Assembly (NCBI GenBank): GCA_963748015.1
Contig: CAVVHE010000004.1
Span: 1,056,001-1,120,000, forward strand
Length of the DNA: 64,000 bases
Reading direction: 5' to 3'
Origin: Terriglobia bacterium
GTDB taxonomy: Bacteria > Acidobacteriota > Polarisedimenticolia > Polarisedimenticolales > JAIQFR01
Below, in pieces: positions 48,190 to 57,652 of the stretch. The notes below the pieces were generated by a model. The model did no database searches. It was not told the origin of the DNA and worked only from the letters and a program-made list of their open reading frames with translations. How positions within the stretch are numbered: the first letter of the stretch is position 1; every line of letters begins with the position of its first letter. Made by a program: the position numbers and the translations under genes.

Positions 48190-48987
48190 TCAGACCGGCC
48201 CTCCCCGGCCGAATAGCCGGGAGAGGAGGGAGCGTTTCGACGCCTGCCGCTCGATGACGAGCGGCGGCTCGGGATCGCGGCCGTCGAGGAGGGCGCGCGG
48301 CCGCTCGGAGACCATCTTCTTCGCCTCCTCCTCTCCGACGATCGCCGCCACCGCCTCGACGGCGCGGCTCAGGATCGGCGGACGGCCCCGGAGGTTGTGC
48401 GCGTCCGACGCCAGGACGTGCGCGAGGCCGCGCCGCAGGAGGAGCTCGCTGAACTCCTGCGCATCCTCGCCGAAGGTCCCCAGCACGCTCCCGGTCGTGA
48501 GCTGCCCGTACGCTCCGAGGCGCACCATCTCCTCCCACCGCTTCACGTCCTCCTGGAAGTAGCGGATCCTCTCGGGGTGGGCGAACAGGACGACGAGCCC
48601 GGCGAGCCTCAGGCTGAAGACGACGTTTTGCAGGTCCATCGGGTACTGCGAGAGCGAGAGCTCGAGGAGGAGCGTCTTCCCGTTGTCGCCCAGGGTCAGG
48701 GCGCGTCCATCCTTCACGCGCTCCACGAGGTCCGGCGCGATGTACACCTCCGCCCCGGGAAGGAGCGTGAGCCCGATGCCCGCCTCGCGGAGCCTCCCCT
48801 CGAGCCGCTCGACTGCGGCGCGCACCGCCGCCCTGCCGTTTTCGAAGAACCCGTCCTTGGAGTGCGGGGTGGCAACCAGCGTTCGAACGCCGTCCGCGAA
48901 CGCCGCGCGCGCGAACTCGACGGCCTCGTCCTCGTCCTTGACGCCGTCGTCGACTCCCGGAAGGATGTGGGTGTGCAGGTCGATCAA
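48190..48987 (-). CDS. PHP-family tyrosine-protein phosphatase (CpsB/CapC-like)
   Basis: IDLHTHILPGVDDG, ATPH, GAE, AHPER, ASDAH. Confidence 0.92.
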   Translation of the reverse strand: MIDLHTHILPGVDDGVKDEDEAVEFARAAFADGVRTLVATPHSKDGFFENGRAAVRAAVERLEGRLREAGIGLTLLPGAEVYIAPDLVERVKDGRALTLGDNGKTLLLELSLSQYPMDLQNVVFSLRLAGLVVLFAHPERIRYFQEDVKRWEEMVRLGAYGQLTTGSVLGTFGEDAQEFSELLLRRGLAHVLASDAHNLRGRPPILSRAVEAVAAIVGEEEAKKMVSERPRALLDGRDPEPPLVIERQASKRSLLSRLFGRGGPV

Positions 48988-50018
48988 CGATCGGGCTCCT
49001 TGCTGCTTCGGGTTTCGTCCTCCGAGGTGAGCGGCCGGCTCATGAGCCGTGCGACCGCGTCCGCGGGGGAGCCGTTCTCGAACAGGAGGCGGTGGACTTC
49101 CTCGACGATCGGCATCTCGACACCGGCCCGCCTCGCGAGGGCCACCGCCGCCGGGGCGGTCCGCACCCCCTCCGCCACCGAGGGGCTCCGGGCCAGCACG
49201 TCCGCGAGGCGCTCGCCCCGGCCGATCGCCTGCCCGACCCGGCGGTTGCGCGAGAGGTCGCCGGTGCAGGTGAGCACGAGATCCCCGAGTCCCGCGAGAC
49301 CGCCGAAGGTCGCGGTGTCGGCGCCGAGCGCAGACCCCAGCCGGCGCATCTCGGCGAGCCCCCGTGTGACGAGCGCCGCGAGTGTGTTTCGCCCGAGCCC
49401 GAGGCCGTCGAGCATCCCCGCGGCGATCGCGATCACGTTCTTGAGGGCGCCGGCGAGCTGGACGCCCCGCGCGTCCCGGTTCGCGTAGAAACGCAGGGCG
49501 GGACTCGACAGCAGGTCCCTGAGGCGCACGGCGAGCTCGAGGTCCTCCGAGGCGACGACGACCGCGGTCGGAACGCCTCGCGCCACTTCCGCCGCGAAGG
49601 TCGGCCCGGAGAGGACCGCCGACGGCCGCTCGGCTCCCAGTTCCTCCGCCGCGACCTCGAGCGGCAGCAAGAGGGTGTGCTCCTCGATCCCCTTCGCCGC
49701 AAGCAGGACGGGCACCCCCGTCTCGAGGAAGGGGGCGAGGATGCGGTACACCGCGCGCGCGTGGGGGGTCGGAACGGCGCCGAGCGCGAGCGAGGCCCCG
49801 CGGCACGCCTCGGCGAGATCGGCGGTCGGCACGACCGTTTCCGGAACCTGCACCCCGGGGAGATACAGCGGGTTGTCGCGACGGGTGGCCATTCGCTCCA
49901 CGAGGTCGCCCTCGCGAATCCACAGTCGGACGGGATGGCCCCGCCGCGCGGCATGAATGGCGAGCGCCGTGCCCCACGCGCCCCCGCCGATGACCGCGAT
50001 CGGTGCTCCGGGGATCAA
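48984..50018 (-). CDS. gpsA: NAD(P)H-dependent glycerol-3-phosphate dehydrogenase
   Basis: GGGAWGTALA, LSGPTFA, GALKNVIAIAAG, GLGDLVLTCTGDLSRNR. Confidence 0.96.
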   Translation of the reverse strand: MIPGAPIAVIGGGAWGTALAIHAARRGHPVRLWIREGDLVERMATRRDNPLYLPGVQVPETVVPTADLAEACRGASLALGAVPTPHARAVYRILAPFLETGVPVLLAAKGIEEHTLLLPLEVAAEELGAERPSAVLSGPTFAAEVARGVPTAVVVASEDLELAVRLRDLLSSPALRFYANRDARGVQLAGALKNVIAIAAGMLDGLGLGRNTLAALVTRGLAEMRRLGSALGADTATFGGLAGLGDLVLTCTGDLSRNRRVGQAIGRGERLADVLARSPSVAEGVRTAPAAVALARRAGVEMPIVEEVHRLLFENGSPADAVARLMSRPLTSEDETRSSKEPDR

Positions 50019-50632
50019 CGCGCGCCCCTTCCGCTTCGACGGATCCCGAGCTTCGGCTCGCTGCCCGCGGCGAGCCGCGCGATGTTCTCCCGGTGGCTCC
50101 ACGCGAGCAGCAAGGCCACCGCCCCTCCGGCCGCGACGGTGGCGGACGGAGAGCGGAAGAGAGCGGCCCACCCGGGGAACGAGATCGCCGCCGCGAGAGA
50201 GCCGGCCGAGACGCGCCTCGCGATCCCCGCGACCGCGCCGAACACCGCGAGCGAGGCGAGGAGGGGCAACGGAGCCAGAACGGCGAGCGCTCCCGCCCCG
50301 GTCGCCGCTCCCTTGCCCCCGCGGAAGCCGAGCCACGGAGTGAACACGCTTCCCGCGATCGCCCCGACGCAAGCCGCCGGGGCGACGAGCCCGCCGGCGG
50401 GTCCGATCGTCCTCGCGAGCCCCACGGCGGCTGCGCCCTTCGCCGCGTCGAGGAGCAGCGTGAGAGCCGCGAGCCCGGGACCGGCCACGCGGAAGACGTT
50501 GGTCGCCCCGATGTTTCCGCTCCCCTCTCGGCGAACGTCCCCGCGCCCGGCAGCCGCGGCGAGAAGCCATCCGAAGGGAACGCTTCCCAGGCCGAACCCC
50601 AAAGCCGCGGCGAGAAGGACCGCGGCCGTCAC
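50015..50632 (-). CDS. plsY: Glycerol-3-phosphate acyltransferase PlsY
   Basis: GSVPFG, GSGNIGATNVFR, DAAKG, FRGGKG, HRENIARL. Confidence 0.95.
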   Translation of the reverse strand: MTAAVLLAAALGFGLGSVPFGWLLAAAAGRGDVRREGSGNIGATNVFRVAGPGLAALTLLLDAAKGAAAVGLARTIGPAGGLVAPAACVGAIAGSVFTPWLGFRGGKGAATGAGALAVLAPLPLLASLAVFGAVAGIARRVSAGSLAAAISFPGWAALFRSPSATVAAGGAVALLLAWSHRENIARLAAGSEPKLGIRRSGRGAR

Positions 50633-51189
50633 GCCGCGCTCCCGAGCGGGAACGCCGCGACCCTGCTGTAACGGGCGCCGCCGGGGCCGAGCTCGCTCTG
50701 GAAGAGGACGACCTCGTCCGCGGCCAGATCCGACGCGAGCATGGCGCCCCCTGGCGGGGGCGAGACCGGACGCCCCTCGCGCTCGGCCCGGGCGAGGGTG
50801 AGGTGCGCGCGGAAGGGACGCTCGTCGGGCTCGAAACCGAGCTTCCGCGCCGTCTCCTCGAGCGCCTCCGCGAGCGCCGCCAGATCTCCCGCGGGAGACG
50901 CGTCGTTGACCCCCAACCAGAGGATTCGCGGCCGCCCGCCACCCGGAAACACGCCCAGGCCCCCGACGTCCAACCGGACGCGGGGATGGCCAAGAACGGC
51001 GCGCCGCCACGTCTCGCGCTGGCGCGCCTCGTCGGCCGGGGCCACCTCTCCGAGGAACCGGAGCGTGAGGTGGATCCCGTCCGGCCGCACCCACCGCCAG
51101 CCGGGGCAGCTCCGGCGCGCCCGCTCCTGCACCTCGGCGACGGCGTCCCTCACCCGGGGTGGAAGATCGATCGCCAGGAACAACCTCAT
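50629..51189 (-). CDS. thpR: RNA 2',3'-cyclic phosphodiesterase (2H family)
   Basis: MRLFLAI, two HLTL motifs. Confidence 0.93.
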   Translation of the reverse strand: MRLFLAIDLPPRVRDAVAEVQERARRSCPGWRWVRPDGIHLTLRFLGEVAPADEARQRETWRRAVLGHPRVRLDVGGLGVFPGGGRPRILWLGVNDASPAGDLAALAEALEETARKLGFEPDERPFRAHLTLARAEREGRPVSPPPGGAMLASDLAADEVVLFQSELGPGGARYSRVAAFPLGSAA

Positions 51190-51806
51190 GGCCTTCCTTC
51201 GAGCGGGACGTCGAGCGCCCGTTTCGTCCGGCGGAGCAGCTCGTCCACGGCCTCCCTCCCCTCGACTCCCTCGACCGGCGGGATCGGTGCCCCGAACCGC
51301 ACGCGCACGCGGGCGGGGCCGGGCCATTTCCTGCCGTGAGGCCACGCCCGCGCGGAGCCCTCGATCTCGGCCGGAATCACCGGCGCGCCGCAGCGAACCG
51401 CCAGGTGCGCGGCGCCGCGGAAGAAGGAAACATCCGCGCCCTTCCCGCCGATTCCCCCTTCGGGGAAGATCCCGAGCAGCTCCCCCGACTCCAGGCGACG
51501 GAGCGCCGCTTTCAGGGCGGCCGTCGAAGGGCCGCCCCCCACCGGGACCGGGATCGCCCCCATCCGGCGATAGAACCAACGGCCCCACCACGTATGGTAC
51601 ACGTCTCGGTGCATGAGGAAGCGGACGGGGCGCGGACTCGCGCCCCCGAGGCACGCGGGATCGAGCCACGACCGGTGCAGGGCGACGAGGATCCCCCCTC
51701 CGCGGGGCGGAACCCTCTCGGCGCCTTCGACGCGAAAGCGGAAGAGGGGAAGCGCGATGACTCGAAACGCGGCGCGCACCGCGCGGTAGAACAACCTCTC
51801 GCTCAC
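51186..51806 (-). CDS. plsC: 1-acyl-sn-glycerol-3-phosphate acyltransferase family
   Basis: HRSWLD (HxxxxD), IFPEG. Confidence 0.85.
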   Translation of the reverse strand: MSERLFYRAVRAAFRVIALPLFRFRVEGAERVPPRGGGILVALHRSWLDPACLGGASPRPVRFLMHRDVYHTWWGRWFYRRMGAIPVPVGGGPSTAALKAALRRLESGELLGIFPEGGIGGKGADVSFFRGAAHLAVRCGAPVIPAEIEGSARAWPHGRKWPGPARVRVRFGAPIPPVEGVEGREAVDELLRRTKRALDVPLEGRP

Positions 51807-52492
51807 GACGTCGGCGCGGTGGGCCGGCTCGCGCGGGTCTTCAGGGCGCCGAGGTCCGGCGGGCTGACGATGCCCCCGGAGACGATCAGCTTGAGCCCCT
51901 GCTCGACGGTCAGGCTCAGCTGGACCATGTCGGCCTCGCGGACGAAGAGGACCCAGCCGGAGGTGGGGTTGGGCGCGGTCGGGACGAACACCGGCACCGC
52001 CGGCTCGTCCCCGTCTCGCCCGCCGATCCGGTGCGCGCGTTCCTGGGTGACGAACCCGAGGGTCCAGATTCCCTCCCGGGGGAACTCCACCAGGACGACT
52101 CGCGAGAACGGGCGCTTGCCGGTGAGACTCACCGCGTCGAGGAGCTGGCGCGCCGCGCCGTAGATCCCCTTCACCAGGGGAATGCGCAGCATGGCGGTTT
52201 CGAACATCGCCAGGATCCGGCGTCCCACGAGGTTGCCCGCCAGGAGCCCCGCGAGGTAGATCAGCCCGACGGTCAGGATCACCCCGATCAGCGGCACCGC
52301 GAAGCGCGCGGGCCACTGCTCGAGCCCCGGCGTTCCCGCGGCGCGGAGGGCGGCCAGGACCAACGGCGTCACCCGCCGGTCGATCACGTCGAACAGGATG
52401 CCGAGGAGCCAGACGGTGATCAGCAGAGGGAGGACGATCAGCAGGCCACCGCCGATCCGGCCCCGGATGTGCGAAATCGCCCGGCCGATCAT
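51803..52492 (-). CDS. DUF502 family membrane protein
   Basis: RIPLVKGIY, VVLVEFP, VFVPTAPNPTSG, IVSGG. Confidence 0.9.
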   Translation of the reverse strand: MIGRAISHIRGRIGGGLLIVLPLLITVWLLGILFDVIDRRVTPLVLAALRAAGTPGLEQWPARFAVPLIGVILTVGLIYLAGLLAGNLVGRRILAMFETAMLRIPLVKGIYGAARQLLDAVSLTGKRPFSRVVLVEFPREGIWTLGFVTQERAHRIGGRDGDEPAVPVFVPTAPNPTSGWVLFVREADMVQLSLTVEQGLKLIVSGGIVSPPDLGALKTRASRPTAPTS

Positions 52493-53127
52493 CCCGCGTC
52501 CTCGAAATCGAAACGGTGTGCGAACCGGACGAAGTAGTCCACGGCGGACACGAGGGCCACGATCATGGCGACCCACAGAGCCGCCACTCCGAGGAAGCCG
52601 AAGCGGAGCCAGCGCTCGAGCGTGCTCGTGAGGATCATCGCCGTGATCGCGACGATCTGGGTCACGGTCTTGAGCTTGCCCCAGGGCGAAGCGGCGATCA
52701 CGAGACCGCGGGCGGCCGCGACGCTCCGCAGCCCCGTCACCGCGAACTCTCGGCCGACGATCACGACCACCATCCACGCCGGGGCGAGCTGCAGCTCCAC
52801 CAGCGAGATGAACGCGGACGCGGTGAGCAGCTTGTCGGCGATCGGGTCGAGGAGCTGGCCGAGCGTCGTGATCTCCCCCCGGCGCCTGGCGACGAACCCG
52901 TCGAGCCAGTCGGTGGCGGCCGCGGTGAGGAAGATGGCCACGCCGACGACCTCGCGCCAGTCCGACAGCCAGCTGGCGAGGTGGCCGATCCACGCGGCGT
53001 AGCCCACGTCCTGGAGCTGCGATTTCACCCAGGCGGTGGCCCACGGCGGCGTCAAGAGGACGACGACAAGGAGCGGAACCAGGAAGATCCGCGCCACCGT
53101 GATGCTGTTCGGCAGATTGAGACGCAT
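52489..53127 (-). CDS. pgsA: CDP-diacylglycerol--glycerol-3-phosphate 3-phosphatidyltransferase
   Basis: NLPNSITVAR, TDWLDGFVARR...GQLLDPIADK, GKLKT. Confidence 0.94.
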   Translation of the reverse strand: MRLNLPNSITVARIFLVPLLVVVLLTPPWATAWVKSQLQDVGYAAWIGHLASWLSDWREVVGVAIFLTAAATDWLDGFVARRRGEITTLGQLLDPIADKLLTASAFISLVELQLAPAWMVVVIVGREFAVTGLRSVAAARGLVIAASPWGKLKTVTQIVAITAMILTSTLERWLRFGFLGVAALWVAMIVALVSAVDYFVRFAHRFDFEDAG

Positions 53128-53245
53128 AGGCGCCCTCGCGCCGGCGAAAGGTACCACGGCGCGAGCGCGGTATCCATCCCTGCGAACGGGTGCGACGAAC
53201 CAGGGCCGGGAAGCGCCCGCCGCGTCGGCGGGACGTCGTGCTCCG

Positions 53246-53959
53246 CTACCTCGCGGTCACCGGCGGCACGTACCCCCTCGGGGTGATCGGATCGATGTCG
53301 TCCGTGATGGAATCCGGGACGGGCACGTACACGAAACGGACGACCTGCCCACCCGGAGTCTCGAACTCCACCCGGACCTTCCCGCCGGCGAGGACCGAGA
53401 TCGAGGGGTGGCGGCTGTCGATCCCGAGGTCCGAGACCGGCGATCCGGGCGCCCACGCCCCGTCCCCGTACGCGCTGAAGTAGACGCGCCCGGTCCCGCC
53501 CTCGTCCCGCCACCAGGCGAGATAGGGCTGGCCGAGCGGCCCGAACGCGATTCGCGGATCGAGATCGTCGCCCTCGTCCGCCCCGCCCCCCGGCTGGACC
53601 CCGACGGGGTCGGTCCATCCTCCCGGCAGCCAGCGTCCCCAGGCGAGATCGTAGCCGGCGCCGCCGAAGCGGCTCCACACCGCCCAGGGACGATTCGAAT
53701 CGAACGGGTTCTCCGCGATCGTGGGCCACAGGTCGCCGTTCAGGTCGCCGCCGGGATTGAGCACGTTCGGCGAAGACAGCGTCCGCTGCACCGACCAGAT
53801 CCTGAGGCCTCTGACCGTCGCGTTCGTCACGACCACTGTCCGCAAGTAGTTCCCGGCGTAGTCGGTCTCGACCGAAACCTCGGCGCGCGCCTCGAAAGCC
53901 CAGCCGGCCGCCGCGAGCGACAGGATGACCGCAGCGAGAAAGCTACGGTGCGTTCGCAT
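53246..53959 (-). CDS. Secreted hypothetical protein (beta-propeller-blade-like repeats)
   Basis: Signal peptide ending ARA-; repeated DxxP-x-I...W-x-x-W motifs; its start overlaps the end of the upstream regulator gene. Confidence 0.7.
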   Translation of the reverse strand: MRTHRSFLAAVILSLAAAGWAFEARAEVSVETDYAGNYLRTVVVTNATVRGLRIWSVQRTLSSPNVLNPGGDLNGDLWPTIAENPFDSNRPWAVWSRFGGAGYDLAWGRWLPGGWTDPVGVQPGGGADEGDDLDPRIAFGPLGQPYLAWWRDEGGTGRVYFSAYGDGAWAPGSPVSDLGIDSRHPSISVLAGGKVRVEFETPGGQVVRFVYVPVPDSITDDIDPITPRGYVPPVTAR

Positions 53960-55211
53960 GGTGTCTCCCGATCCGTTCGATGTGCCGGTCGAACTCTTCC
54001 ACCTCGGGGAACCTGCGCTCGAGGAGGGAGCGGAGGTGCCGCAGGCGCCCGAACGAGATCTTCTCTCGAGTCGGGTTACCTTCTCGGCGGGCCATCTGCC
54101 AACGGTGATAGGAGTTGAGGAACAGGATGTCTTGGTAGGCCTCGTCGGGCCGGGACGCGAGCGTGTCGGACTCGGCAAGGGCCTGCAACGCCCGGTCGCG
54201 CTCGCCGCGCCGCAGGAAAGCCTCGGAGAGCCGCGTCAGGGACAGGGCGGCGACCCTGCGGAAGCCCATCTCCCGGGCCTTCGCGTGCGCCTCGCGCAGC
54301 CGTCCGATCCCCTCGTCGAACCGGCCGAGCTCGACGAGGCAGCCGCCGAGGTTGGTCATGACCGTGGTCCTGAGCTTCTCGTGCCCGCCCAGCCGATCGA
54401 GGACGTCGAGGGCGCGGCGGTAGTCCAGGACGGCGCGATCGGCCTCCCCCTCCTCGTGATGGATGTTGCCGAGGGTGTTGAAGACGCCCGCCTGGGTCTG
54501 GACGTCTCCCTGTTCCGTCGCCAGCTCGAGAGCCTCGCGCGCGAGGATTCCCGCGAGGCACAGGTCCCCCAACTCCCGGTAGACGTAGCTCAGTTCCAGC
54601 ACCGTGCGGGTCCGCGTCGTGGGGGTCAGTCTCGACCGGGACTTCAGGATCTCGCGCAGCTCCCGCTCCGCCATCGCGAGCTTGCCGAGGGCGCGGAGCG
54701 AGGTGATCATGCTCCACCGCGCCTGCGCCTCCCGCTCGGCTCGACGCGGCGTGTCGGGCTCCTCGAGCGCGAGGTCCAGCGCGCGCTCGAAGACGACGAA
54801 GGCCCGTCCGTGCTCTCCCGACGTGAACAGCTCCGCCCCCTCGTGCACCATTTCGTCGAACTCGCGGGCCGCGGGCTCGTACGATTCGTACTGCTCGAGG
54901 TCCAGCACGTCGGCGAAGGTCTGCACGGACACGTTGAACACGCGCGCGAGCGCGCGAAGCTTCTCGAAGGAGGGGACCGCCTTGCCCATCTCGAAGCGGC
55001 TCAACTGCGAGTTGTCGATGACCTCACCGAAGGCCATCGACTGCTCCTCGACCTTGCGCAGGGTGTAGCCGTACCCCTCGCGCAGGTGTCTCAGGTAGGA
55101 ACCGAGGCGCGCGGACGGCCTCTCTCCGGAGCTGGTCGTCGCGACTTGCTCCAGTCCCATTTGCGAGAACGCCTCGGCTCCCGCTGCCGCGCGTCTAGGT
55201 AGACGGCCCAT
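53943..55211 (-). CDS. XRE-type HTH + TPR transcriptional regulator (RRNPP-like architecture)
   Basis: LGSYLRHLREGYGYTLRKV...SQLSRFEMGKAVPSFEKLRALAR, then TPRs (FNTLGNIH, MTNLGGCL); G-rich RBS before ATG 55211. Confidence 0.85.
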   Translation of the reverse strand: MGRLPRRAAAGAEAFSQMGLEQVATTSSGERPSARLGSYLRHLREGYGYTLRKVEEQSMAFGEVIDNSQLSRFEMGKAVPSFEKLRALARVFNVSVQTFADVLDLEQYESYEPAAREFDEMVHEGAELFTSGEHGRAFVVFERALDLALEEPDTPRRAEREAQARWSMITSLRALGKLAMAERELREILKSRSRLTPTTRTRTVLELSYVYRELGDLCLAGILAREALELATEQGDVQTQAGVFNTLGNIHHEEGEADRAVLDYRRALDVLDRLGGHEKLRTTVMTNLGGCLVELGRFDEGIGRLREAHAKAREMGFRRVAALSLTRLSEAFLRRGERDRALQALAESDTLASRPDEAYQDILFLNSYHRWQMARREGNPTREKISFGRLRHLRSLLERRFPEVEEFDRHIERIGRHHANAP

Positions 55212-55260
55212 CTCCCCCCCCTGAGCCCTCGAGCCTGTCCTTCTGCGGCCTCTCCACCAC

Positions 55261-55300
55261 CTTTTATTACCCTTATTCTTCCCTGTCAACAACGTTGTCG
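55261..55300 (-). promoter_or_regulatory. Promoter candidate for the HTH-TPR gene with an overlapping palindrome
   Basis: Perfect TTGACA (55289-55284) followed by an A-rich -10 region; palindrome ACAACGTTGT at 55289-55298. Confidence 0.45.
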
Positions 55301-55429
55301 TGGAGGGCGGCTCTCCTGCGGACCAGGGAACCGCACGGAATGGCCCCCCGCGAGAGTCGCCGGGGCCGCAGCGCACCCATGTCGGCCGACGGGGACGGCA
55401 GGGGCGCGTGAGGTATATTCCCCCTGCGC

Positions 55430-56995
55430 ATGAACGGTTTGGGAGGCTCCGCCAGGACATCGAATCTCCCCGGATCCCACGATTCGCGGCGCTTTTGCCT
55501 CGCTTTCACCCTTCTTGGAATCGCGATCGCCTGCGCCGCGTGCGCGGGAAGAGGGGCCGGACAGCTCCTGCCCGCGACACCCCCCCTCCTTCGTGCCGAG
55601 CCCACCTCGGTGGCGGCGAAATTCGAGGGGAGCTTCGAGGCGCGGCTGCGCGAGGCGCAACCCGGGACGGCCGTCCACGCGCTCCTCGATCTCAGCGAGC
55701 AGGTGGATCTCCCCCGCCTGTGCCGCTCGCTCCGCGAGTCCGGACGCGACAGGCTGTCCCGCAGGGTGGCCGTGATCGGGGCCCTCGAGCGGACCGCCGA
55801 GCGTCAGCAGGCGCTCGTCGCCCCTGCCCTCGACGCGATGATCGCGGAAGGAGTCCTCGCTTCCTGGACGGGCGTCGCGATCGTCAACCGGATCGTGGTT
55901 CGCGGGAGGGCGGACGCGATCCTCCGCCTCGCCGAGCGTACCGAGATCGCGCGCGTGCTGCCGGACTGGAATTCGGACGTTCGTGCGGCGAGCTCCGAGG
56001 ACCCCGCTGCGCCCACGACCCTCGGAGAGCGCTTCAGCAGCTGGGGCGTGAGCGCCACGGGTGCGCCGGCGCTCTGGAGGGAGGGACTCGACGGGACCGG
56101 CGTGATCGTCGCGTCGATCGACACCGGCGTGAGCGAGCGCCACGAGCAGCTCGCCGGCCGCCGGCTCGAGGGAAGCCGCGGATGGTTCGACCCGCTGTCG
56201 GGGTCGCCTCGCGCCGCCGACAGCCACGGCCACGGCACGGGCGTCCTGTCCCTCGCCGTCGGCGGGAACCCGGAAGGGCGGATCGTCGGGATGGCTCCCG
56301 GCGCGCGATGGGCGAGCGCGCTCGGCCTCTACCGGAACTTCTACTCGAGGGTGCGCATGACGCTCGCGGCCGACTGGGTGCTGCGTGTCGCGCGCCCGGA
56401 CGTCCTCATCAACCCGTGGTCGCACAACGAGGGGGCGTGCAACGCGTTCGATCTTCCCTTCATCAACGCCTGGAAGGCCGCCGGCATCTTCGTCGTCTTC
56501 CCCGCCGGAAACGCGGGGCCGAGCCCGGCGAGCGGCGAAGCGCCCGCGACCCTCGGCGGAACGGTTCCGGATGGCGGGGCGGTGTTCTCCGTCGCGGGAT
56601 TGCTCTCGAGCGGCGAGGTGCTGGACGCGTCCTCCCGCGGACCGAGCCTCTGCGGCGCCGGGAGGTTTCCCTCCGTGGCCGCGCCGGGGGCGGACCTCCC
56701 GTACGCCCTCGCGGGAGGACCGAGGGACTACGCCGTCGGATCGGGAACGTCTTTCGCCTCGGCGCTCGTCGGCGGCGCGGCGGCGCTCCTCCTCCAGGCC
56801 GAGCCGTCGCTCGAGCCGGACGAGCTCGAGCGGCTCATCGCGGAGGGGTGCCGCGATCTCGCACCGGCGGGGCCGGACGACCGGAGCGGGACGGGGGCGA
56901 TCGACCTGGTGCGCTCGCTCGAGCTGCTTCGGAGGCTCCACCCCTCGTCCCGGCGCGCGGAGGGGAGCGCCGCGTCAGTTGGCGAGCACCACTGA
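55430..56995 (+). CDS. S8 (subtilisin-family) serine peptidase, probably exported
   Basis: IDTG, HGTGV, AGN, GTSFAS; N-terminal hydrophobic segment with Cys. Confidence 0.9.
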   Translation: MNGLGGSARTSNLPGSHDSRRFCLAFTLLGIAIACAACAGRGAGQLLPATPPLLRAEPTSVAAKFEGSFEARLREAQPGTAVHALLDLSEQVDLPRLCRSLRESGRDRLSRRVAVIGALERTAERQQALVAPALDAMIAEGVLASWTGVAIVNRIVVRGRADAILRLAERTEIARVLPDWNSDVRAASSEDPAAPTTLGERFSSWGVSATGAPALWREGLDGTGVIVASIDTGVSERHEQLAGRRLEGSRGWFDPLSGSPRAADSHGHGTGVLSLAVGGNPEGRIVGMAPGARWASALGLYRNFYSRVRMTLAADWVLRVARPDVLINPWSHNEGACNAFDLPFINAWKAAGIFVVFPAGNAGPSPASGEAPATLGGTVPDGGAVFSVAGLLSSGEVLDASSRGPSLCGAGRFPSVAAPGADLPYALAGGPRDYAVGSGTSFASALVGGAAALLLQAEPSLEPDELERLIAEGCRDLAPAGPDDRSGTGAIDLVRSLELLRRLHPSSRRAEGSAASVGEHH

Positions 56996-57652
56996 CCCGT
57001 CGGCGTTCATGCGCAGCGTGACCGCCAGCGCGGCGGCATCGGGGCGCTGCGCCGGGGCGCTGCGCTTTCCGGCCGTGCCGAGCTTCGACTGGACGCGCGA
57101 GACGTAGTCCCGCGTCTCGGCGTAGGCGGGCACGCCGCCGTATCTCCTCACGGCCCCCGCTCCGGCGTTGTACGCCGCGAGTGCCAACGTGACGTCCCCG
57201 CCGAACTCGTCGAGCAGGTCGCGCAGGTGCTCGGCGCCGGCCCTCAGGCTCTGGTACGGGTCGTGGATGTCGGTGACCCCGTAGCGCTTCGCCGTCGCGG
57301 GCATCAGCTGCATGATCCCGCGCGCGCCCTTCGAGGAAACCGCGCGGGGCCGGAAACCGGATTCCACGAGGGCGACGGCCTTGATGAGGGACGGGTCCAG
57401 CCCGTTCTCGCGGGCCACTCGATCGATGAAGGGGTCGTAGGTGGTCGCCGGAAGCGATCCGCCGCGGAACCGTCCCGCCGCCCGGGCGAAGCCCGGGACC
57501 GGCCTCGCCTCGCGGCGATCCGCCACGTTGGTGACGACCATCTCGCCGTTCTTGAAGTAGTACAGAAGCTCCTCCGCTGGGGCGGGAAGTGCAGCGGCCA
57601 GGAATACCGTGATCACGGCCGCCGCTACCCCCCCGGGGAGCTTCGATGTCAT
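56975..57652 (-). CDS. Lytic transglycosylase (SLT domain)
   Basis: VESGF...[18 protein letters not shown]...ALAAYNAG...ETRDYV. Confidence 0.93.
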   Translation of the reverse strand: MTSKLPGGVAAAVITVFLAAALPAPAEELLYYFKNGEMVVTNVADRREARPVPGFARAAGRFRGGSLPATTYDPFIDRVARENGLDPSLIKAVALVESGFRPRAVSSKGARGIMQLMPATAKRYGVTDIHDPYQSLRAGAEHLRDLLDEFGGDVTLALAAYNAGAGAVRRYGGVPAYAETRDYVSRVQSKLGTAGKRSAPAQRPDAAALAVTLRMNADGSVVLAN

